A stretch of 64,000 bases of DNA from the human T2T-CHM13v2.0 reference genome, Homo sapiens. The stretch lies in NCBI RefSeq assembly GCF_009914755.1, contig NC_060927.1; one strand, given 5' to 3'. Of this stretch, positions 54,893 to 64,000 are shown piece by piece (the first letter of the stretch is position 1; the number at the start of each line of letters is the position of its first letter). The notes under the pieces were generated by a model. That model was given only the letters and a program-made list of their open reading frames with translations, was not told the origin of the DNA and did not search any database. Made by a program: the position numbers and the translations under genes.

Positions 54893-56883
54893 CTGTAAAC
54901 TATAAGGTTGTCAGAGGCAAGGATTGTGTGTAGGCATAGGCGCACTTTTAAATTCCCAAAACTGAAAATTTCCATAGCCTAAGATGTTCTATCTCTGGCA
55001 GGGCACTAGTCCCCTATTCACAGAGTTGTTCTTTATGTACCAACTGGAATAGCCTTGGATTGCACATGAGAAGGAAGCACCAGTGTGTGGACCAGAGCAT
55101 CAGTAAGGCTGCTGTCATCAAGAAAGGAAGACACGTGAAGACTCAGGCAATCGATGCCACCTTGCTTGGTATCCTGGCCAGCACAGCCCCCTGCATAAAC
55201 AATCATCACTTTCATGGAGCTTTGCAGCTGACAGAGGATATTTACATGCATCAGTCCTTGCAACAGCTTTGTACATTGCCTTTTATTCCCTTCCTCAAGG
55301 AGGCTTATAGGGGTTACATACTTTGTCCAGGATCTCATAGCCAACTTTCTTCTGTCTGCATTCCTACTGCAACACCACCTGCTTCCATGGTAAACACGTT
55401 TCCAAAGACAGCCAGGAAGAAACAAGGAGTTGGGTCAGCAACCTTTCCTAAAAGGAGTAGCATTTGGGGTGGGTCAAATAGCTAAACCCTTGGGGTGCTT
55501 AGGGGAAACTGAGGTGGAAAATTGCTGTAAGGGTTTGTCTAGAAAAGATGATGCAATGACTCTATTATCTTAGGGGTATGGGAGTTCCTCTTAGGAAGGG
55601 AACTATCTTTTTTTGGAAAAAAGAAAAAAAAAAGACCTTAGTATTAATAAATGCTTGGGAAAGAAAATGGGGCCTTGAAGTTGAAGCTACTCTGCCATAA
55701 AGAGTGGGGTACTATTTTCGAGCTTCTAAGAGAGTCTAGAGAGAGAAGAAAGGCGAGAAGAGAAAGGAGCAGGGAGAGGCAAAGGTGGAGAGAGGCTGGA
55801 AGAATGGTGTGGAGACACTAGCAGGGGATATTTTGTGGATATAAATCCTTTTCCTCTAATCCAGTGTTTTTGCTTGAGTTAAAAGCAGAGTTACTAAGGG
55901 CAAAGAACAACAAACTTGTTCCCTCCCTGATTTCCTGCCTTTCTTGGGGAAAAGACTTAATGGACCCTTTTTCTTTTCTTTTATAGACAGTGCCACATGA
56001 TTAGTCACAGAGAGCCTCTGATGTTTTTTGCACTCGGGGCAGATTTTCAGACATCAAAGAACTTGAAGAATTCAGTACACTTGTTTAAGGTAGCATTGGG
56101 GTTTATCTGTCAGTCTCCTGTGAGTTTGGTCAGCATGGGTCAGCTTCCTTGTGTGCTCCCTGTTCGTTCTCTTAGACTGGTATCTGCCAACACTAGACAT
56201 AAGCTAAGATTTTCCACTGTAAGCGTTTTCCTCTTCCTAGGGCTGGGCTTGGGCATGAGGTGACACAGAGCTCTGACCATAAAAGAAGGAACACAAGGTC
56301 CAGCTTTTCATATGGGGCATCCCCAGGAAGCAAGACCAGAGGCATCCTCCCCTCACCATTCTCATTTCACTCTCTCCTTGTCGCCACCCACCGAAAGGAG
56401 CCTGCAAGAAGGGTCTGTAAGCAGCCCTACTCCAAAAGGAGCCCTGGGACCATACTGGGGGAAACTACAACATAGCCTTTACAGCCTACCTAACACCATC
56501 ACGGTCATTATATGGCTCCTTTATTAGCCAAGGAAGTTATCATCATGCCCATATGGAAGTGAAGATTGCAGGATCATGGAGGTTCAGAAACTTGGTCAAG
56601 AGCGACAAGTAAGAGGCAGAGTCATGAGTTGAACCCAGGTTTTGTGGGTAGAATAGAGGGGGTCCAAGATTTGGCTTTTTTTTTTCTTTTTTTAGCATCA
56701 CCTTTGCTCTCTGGATGCTCTAAGTGCTGGTTACTCTCTCTTTGTCCCTGGCTCCTGAGCTCTGCTGTTTGCTTCTTTGACCTGCTGAGCGCCCAGCTGG
56801 CTGGTTCCCTGGTGGTCTTGGGGCTGATGGCCTCTGCAGGGCTGGGGTTCTGACAGTGTGAGATGTGCAGCCACGCTCCTTAG

Positions 56884-57199
<316 letters not shown>

Positions 57200-60100
57200 T
57201 AGACTCCTTAGCACTGGCCCTTCCTTTGTCTCTTCAGGGTGGTTACTGCTTCCTGCCATTGCTAGTCCCTGGCCAACTCTGTTCTCAAGGTTGGTTTCCT
57301 TCACCCTACCCACCCCCTGGATAAGTCACTTTCCAAAATTATTCTTCACTCCATCACTTTGAATGTACCCTCTGCTTCTGTGGGGCCCTTGGCTGATAAA
57401 CCCAGCATGACACATGGGCAAAAATGCGGCTGCCCTGGGATCCTCTGCCTCCTCTCGTGGCCCCTGGAACTGCTGAGAAATCTGAGTTCCAGAAGCAGTT
57501 TGCAGCCACCGGCCTGCCTGCCAGGCAGTAGAACCACTGTGCCACTGTCAGGGTGTCTGCCAGCTCAGAGGTGCTGCCCTTCAGTGGGGCCCGAAGGGCT
57601 TGAGACCTGTGTCCCTCCCTCCCCTCCTTCCTGTCTATTCTGAAGGTGTTGACACCACCAGCTTCCCAGAACTTTAGGGGTACATCTCACACATTCCTGG
57701 AGACGACTGCTCTTCCAGGGTCTAATTTTCCTCTCACCCTCACAGTTTTGCAACCTGAGCAAGACCTAGGAGGAGCCAAGTTGTGAGGAAGGAAGAGAGG
57801 TTTCAAGAAGTGGACTTTGTCTTTTTGGAAGTGACTTGCCCTGCAGCTGCCCTGTGGTATTTGCTCCCCAGGCATAGGCAGGCGTAGGGGCTGGTCGGTG
57901 GTCCCCATGTGCCGGTCAGCACCCCAGGAGCAAGTGTTCTGCCATCCTGTTCCTCTCTCCAAGAGGTCTGAACACTTGCTCTGCTGAGTAGAAGAGCCAC
58001 TGATTCAGTCACTTGTACCCTGTCCTTTGCAGGAAGCCGGAAGTCTCTGGGTGTGTTTACACACAGGCATGCATGCTCTCAAACACGCAGACACATCCTA
58101 AGCAGAGGAGCAAAAGGGTGGCCCTGAGCAGATAAGAAGTCACTTTCTCAAAGTCTCATTCCTCCTCCTGCAGGCCAGGAGCCTGAAGCATCTCAGACTG
58201 GGGGTGCCCAGAAGCTGAAGGCACCAGGGAGGCTGGCCAACCACCCTGGCCAAGGACACCAGCTTCACTTCCACAGTAATCAGTGCATCTGAGGGACAGC
58301 CTCACAGAATGCCCCAGAATGGGGGGAAATTCCCTCAAAGAAGAGAACCCACCGACCAGCCAGTTCATATCCCCCACTGTTTGCAAAGCTGCATTTCCCA
58401 GAACAAATCCACAAACTGGCATGTGAATTTGACCATCTGTCTCTAGTGATTTTGATTCCCATCAATCAGTCCCTCAAAGCCTTATCTAATAATAATAACT
58501 TCTTAAGAAGTGTTTGAATGTCTGTCCGTGCATGCATTCATTCTGCATTGAATTGCTTATGATTATGAGGCACATGGTGTAGCCTGGGAGGCAGAGACTG
58601 AGGAGCAAAAACAGCCCAAGCTCACCAGAAGCTGACGTTCTAGGGGAGGGCATAGGGCACCACACAGGCCTCTCAAACAAGCCTGGTGCAGGGAGATGCT
58701 GAGAGGGGCCATGATCCTTGTAGTTACCTGTCTGCACATATGAACATGGAGTTTCCTGAGGAGCCTGCCCGCCCCTCCGCATGACCCTCCCCACCTCTGT
58801 TTCCCTTGACAGCCTGTCCCCACATCCCAATCTCCCCCAGTACACACACAACATTTTGTCTCTTCTCTCTCCTCTCACCCTGCTCCCACCCACCTTTCCC
58901 TATGTTATCCCATCCCTTCAAACCAACAGGAATTCTCCCCTGTTGGAGGCAAGAAGGAGACAGCCATCCCAAAAGACAAGGCACCGAACTAGAATGAAAC
59001 CAGAATCATGTCAAACAATTCCCAGGGGAGGGGGAAAGGCCACAGATGATAATGAAAATGTTGCTTGCTGCCGTGACAACCGCAATCATTCAGCCACAGT
59101 ACCAAGGCTTTGGAGGCAACAATATCAATTGAATGTTTATTTCCCCAGCATAAGAAGCATCCCAAAGGAGGTGGAAGCCAAAAAGGAGACATCTTGGGGA
59201 CTCCACCTGTCACCTGCTGGACAACTGGAGTGCCTGGCAAGGATTGGCTCTTCTTTTTCCAATCTGCCATTAACTATGACATCACTTTCAACTTTGCCTG
59301 TGTCTAACTCTTCATCTGTATCAACCAGTTTGGCTAAGGGCATTGGGAGTCCACTGGGATTTCTCCCAGGTGAGGAGGCTGGGCCACAGGCTAGGTTGAG
59401 TGGCCTCTGCCTCAAGGCAGAGGCAGAGCCACGGCCAGCATTAGGATGGCTTCAGGTCCCATGAAGGCTCCATGCAAACAAATTATTTCTGAGGATGAGA
59501 AGATGGGAGGTTGAAATCTACTTAACAAAACAGGAAGCAACCTCAATGTTAAGAAGAAAGCCTAAAACCAACAATGGGAAACAGAATAACTATCAGGGAC
59601 CCTGTAGCTGAAGATTTACCAGGAGGCCAAGCTAAGCAAAGGTGGTGAGGGGGTCATTTGCATTTCTGTCGTCGGTACTTTATGAATATGAACACTAACA
59701 TTCTATTATGGCTTTCCTCAAGCTGCCATGTGAGCTAAGCCAGCCGGCCTCAGAGTCTCAGGACTATGCTGTTTCTGAAGGAGGTGACTGCCATCTCCAG
59801 GGAAGCTGCCATCTCCTCCAAGGCCATCAGCAGGGGTGGGCTACACAGCACAAAAATCAGGTGATGGAGGCATCTGATAGACTGCCTGATCTTCCATTTC
59901 TTCTGCAGAGTTAGAATGACGGCGAGGCTGAAGAGTGAATCAGCACTCTCCTCCATACTATATTCCACCCCTACTCCCCCTTCCCCTGGCATTATGCAGC
60001 CTTCAAGGGTCTCTGCACTTCAATAATAATATTGCCAAGTGCCAGAAATCTCAAACTGTGTGAGATATTAGTGGAAGTATGAAAATATTGCCCGGTGTGT

Positions 60101-60842
60101 GTGGCTGTCGTAAGCAACTCCTTTAAGAGCGTCCATCTGCGCTGGGGCATCTTGGAGAGGGAAGGAGGTTGTTAGAAATAGATTGTGCTGCCGCTGCCCA
60201 TTCTATAAAATATGTGCATGATTCAGAGCCAGGCGGGCATTTGTGAATCCCAGTCCTCTATTGGTTAAAAGGAACTCCATGCTTGATTTGTGTATGGATC
60301 AAAGCAAAGCTACTTATCTCTACTGGATATTTCCTTCACACTTACTGGCATTGTTCAGCAGGGAAAGGTGAAACAAAGGCTGAATTTATTCACAGACAGG
60401 AGATTCAAAGTCACAACATCAAGGAAACAGATCAAAACTTCAAAAACACCTCTGATCTAAGTTCTCAAACATTTCGTATTTTCAAAAATTCACAAAAAAG
60501 GATGAATTATCCAAAAAGAATAAATCTACTTTTATTTCCATTTAAATGCCTCAAAGCAAAAGGTCCAAGGGTTCTGACTCTTTTCTCACTGCTGTCAGGC
60601 AGACTGAGAGCCCCTCATATTCTCCCCCTGTCATTCCTCTGTTTTGGGGTAAAAGTCTGCTTGCCAAGCTGGTGGAGGCTGGCACTGCATTTATCAATGT
60701 GACAGTTGCCACAGCATGGTTAGTGCTTCAGAATAAAAGAAGTTGAACATTGACGACCAAATATCTCAAAGATTTGCCACACTACCACATGGATCTAAAA
60801 ACAAACAAATATTATAAAAACTGGCTTTAAAACAAATGTCAT

Positions 60843-61483
60843 TGGAAAAGTTTGGCAGGTTCTTTAAAAGTTACACATATATACCAACCATATGGTTCAG
60901 CCATTCCATTCCTAGGTATTTACCCAAGAAAAAGAAAGCATATGCCCATACTAAAACTTTTACATGAATATATACAGCAGCTTTATTCATAATAGCCAAA
61001 AACTGGAAAAATTCAAATGTCCATCAGTAATGAATAAATAAATATGGTATAAACCGAATGAATAAACAAAGTGAGGTACATTCATACAATGAAATACTAC
61101 TAGGCAATGAAAAAGGGAGAAACTACTGATATAAAAAACATGAATAAATTAGAATAATTATGCTGAGTGAAAAAAGCCAGACAAAAAAGAGTAATATTGC
61201 ATGATTCCATTAATACAAAACTTAAGAAAATGCAAACTGACCTGTTATGGCTAAAAGCAGATCAGTGGTTGCCTTGGGAGGTGGGGCAAGGGAGCCAGGA
61301 GGAGAGACTGCAAAGGGGCATGAGGAAACCTTCGGAGGTGATGGATATGTTCATTCTCTTGAATTTGGTGATGACTTCATGTGTATATACATATGTCAAA
61401 AGTTGTCAGTTGTACACTTTAAATAGATGCAAATATATCAATTAACCTCAATAAAGCTGTTTTAAAAAATTAAAGAAAAAAAA
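60843..61483 (+). mobile_element. L1ME1/2-like 3' end
   Basis: cctaggtatttacccaaga ... agcagatcagtggttgcc ... cctcaataaagctg plus A tail. Confidence 0.85.
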
Positions 61484-61489
61484 TGCCAT

Positions 61490-63000
61490 GATGCAGCAAC
61501 AGGGATTAGATTTCTACCCCAGCCTTAAACAACTAGAAAACTAGACAAGGCATATGGAAGCAACAATTTTCAACCTTGTTTAAGAGTCAAGGCAAGATTG
61601 TGATCCCTGAAAGAAGGGAAATAAGTAAGGTGAGCCCTACAATGACACCAGCTCATTGCCTAGAGAGAACCACAATGAAGCCCAGTGGTCTTACAGAATT
61701 GAGGAGACACGGTTCAGAGTTCTGCAGAGCCAAGGCAGCTCAAATTTGCAGGGCAGGGAACCAGAGAGGAGGGAGTTCTACATGCAGAGAGAAAACTCCA
61801 GAGATTGTCAGGTAAAAACCTCAAGTCTTTGATCTCTGATCAGTGCGTGCGTGTGAGAAAATTCTTCAAGGCAGGGAAAAGAACCACCTAAAAGGTGCAG
61901 ATAGAATAATTCCTGGAGTCTTTACAGGGCCAGGAATAATTGCTATTCTCACCAACCAAAATATATTTATACACCAGCCATGTAATACATGGATAACATT
62001 TTGAGAAGGGTATTGGCTTAAGAATAGGGCTAGCTTAGCCCTAGATTGGAGGTTTCCTGGACCTATGACACTGTGCCCCAAAGAGTTAAAGAAACTAATG
62101 ACTGACAGAAATTCTTGAGTTTGTAGGATGATGGATGAGAAAAGAAACAACTTGTTAAAATGCTGAAACTCTCTCTGCTTTTGTAAGATAAAAAAACTGG
62201 CTGAAATTGGCTGGGACCACTGTGGTCAACTGGAGCCTGGGCAAAACAAGGTTACTGATGTCACAGTATAAATTTCCACCACATGATTCATACTCACTTC
62301 CCCCATATTTACACATACAATCCATAAAATAACATTTTTTGAAACTACACACGTCCAAAGACTTTCCAAACCTCCCCTTCCCTCCTACCAATCACCTACT
62401 AATCCCAAAATCTACCCCCTAAACCTTTTCTAATAAAAAAACTTTGCCTTAAAGCCAGCACAGGGAGACAGATTTGAGCTTAACTTCTGTCACCTTGTTG
62501 GTTGACTCACAGGAAAGGCTTTTCTTTTCTGAAAAAACCTGATGACATGGTGTTGGCTTCTCATACATCAGGTAGTGAGCTCTTTTGCTTGATAACACTA
62601 CCATAACAAAATTTAAAAGCAAGTCCTGAAAGGATCAAACTGTTTCCAAGTAACTGTGTGCCAGAACAAAGCCCAACACTCTTCTGAGGAATAAAACAAA
62701 ATCCAACACCCAACACGGTAAAATTCCCATTATCTAGCATCCAGTAGAAAATGACCAGGCATACAAAAGCGCAGGAGTATATGACTCATAACCAGGAGGA
62801 AAAATAGAAGAAGTCCCAGCAACAGCAGAGATGATGGAACTAGCAAAAGTGGACATTAAAATAGCTATTATAAATCTCATAAATATATGAAAGGATACTC
62901 AAGGAAAACACAAACTCAATTCTGAGAGAAGTAGAAGATATAAAAGAAAACTCAAATGGAACTTTTGGAGGTGGAGAATATAATATCTTAAAAAAAACAA
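61490..63000 (+). mobile_element. Old L1M 5'/ORF1 region interrupted by an ERV1 LTR
   Basis: gtgatccctgaaagaagggaaataagtaaggtgagcccta; gagatgatggaactagca...aaatagctattataaat. Confidence 0.65.
62066..62597 (+). mobile_element. ERV1 LTR (LTR45/LTR26-like)
   Basis: tgacactgtgccccaaagagttaaagaaac ... cttttgcttgataaca. Confidence 0.7.
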
Positions 63001-63129
63001 AATTGAACAAAAATCATTATCTCATTGATACTAGAACTCATTTTCAGGCTGTCAAGTGATAATTGAATCATCACTTCCTTGGAGAAGCCTCACTGGCTGG
63101 AACAAACCTAATATTCTGGGCTGTCACAG

Positions 63130-63330
63130 TCTTCAGCCTCCTCTTCAAAGCACTTGTCATAGTCATAGTACTTCCATTATCTGTGGAACTATGCAACTCA
63201 TGTCTGTTTTCCCCACTACACCACAAGGTCTAAGAGAGCAAGAGCATGTTTTTGCCTACCTCTGTACCAGTGCCCAGCCAATGCCAAATATGAAGTAAGC
63301 ACTCCATAAATATATCTTGAATATATGAAT
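63130..63330 (+). mobile_element. L2 3' end
   Basis: tgtctgttttccccactac...cactccataaatatatcttgaatatatgaatg. Confidence 0.6.
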
Positions 63331-63647
63331 GGACTTCTATAATCAGCTTTGCAGTGTATTCTTTTGGCAACTCTTGTTTAATGCATCACGCCTGACTTCT
63401 TCCTTCCTTCTTCATCAGCATAGTGATGCTGGTTGACCATGAGGTCCAGCTCTCATATGGCCTCATAAAATGGGCTTCCTGCAGGCACTGTTGAATCCTG
63501 AATTAAGTGTGAACAGATGATTCACTAAGCGACCTGGAGCAAGTTGTTTAACCTCTCTGATCTTTGGGTTTTTCAGCTACTAAATAAGAATATTGAAACA
63601 GATTACCTCTAAGAACTCTCCCAGCTCTCATGTTCCAGGATGCTGGT

Positions 63648-64000
63648 TGTGGTCCAGTCTCCAAAAATGCTGCTCCTCCGGGCAGGATCCTCACTTACCT
63701 CCTGGTGGCCATACTCTTCCTGAATTGAACTTGGGCTTTCTGTGTGACCGATAGAGTATGGTGAAGAGAACGGTGAGTGGCTTCTGAAGGTAAGCCATAA
63801 AGGGCACGGCAGCTTCTGCTTTGGTCTTTTGGATTGTTTGCTCTAGGGGATGCCAGCCACTACGTCATGAGAACACTCAAGCCACCACAGGGAGAGGCTC
63901 TTGAAGAAAGTAATTAAGGTCTCGTGCTAATAGTGAACTATCTTGGAAATGGATCCTCTTGCTTCAGTCAGCCTTCAATTGGCTGTAATCTCAGCAAACA
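63648..64000 (+). mobile_element. MLT1F-like LTR, runs off the window
   Basis: gccataaagggcacggcagcttctgc...gccagccactacgtcatgagaacactcaagc. Confidence 0.7.

Overview
Primate (probably human or another ape) non-coding genomic DNA, read by eye. About half is recognisable transposable-element debris: Alu (J and S types), old L1M fragments, one younger 5'-truncated L1PA4-like copy, L2, MIR, MaLR LTRs (MLT1, MST, THE1D), ERV1 LTRs, several ERVL LTR16/LTR33 copies with a decayed ERVL integrase/dUTPase segment, and DNA transposons (MER44A, MER103, MER30, MER33, MER1B). Many insertions are nested and keep exact or near-exact target-site duplications (TSDs). I found no host protein-coding exon, tRNA/rRNA gene or CpG island, and I could not identify the locus. 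The only long ORF with clear homology is the L1 ORF2p C-terminus (30606-31382). I found no convincing new biological system. The best leads are a cluster of strong plus-strand splice sites at the end of an LTR16 copy (25.5-25.8 kb, a possible LTR-derived spliced lncRNA), a THE1D whose DUX4-type motif appears to have mutated into an AP-1 site, a 42-bp x3 tandem repeat, and several motif-dense candidate enhancers. Subfamily names come from remembered consensus sequences and need RepeatMasker/Dfam confirmation. Boundaries without a stated TSD are approximate.
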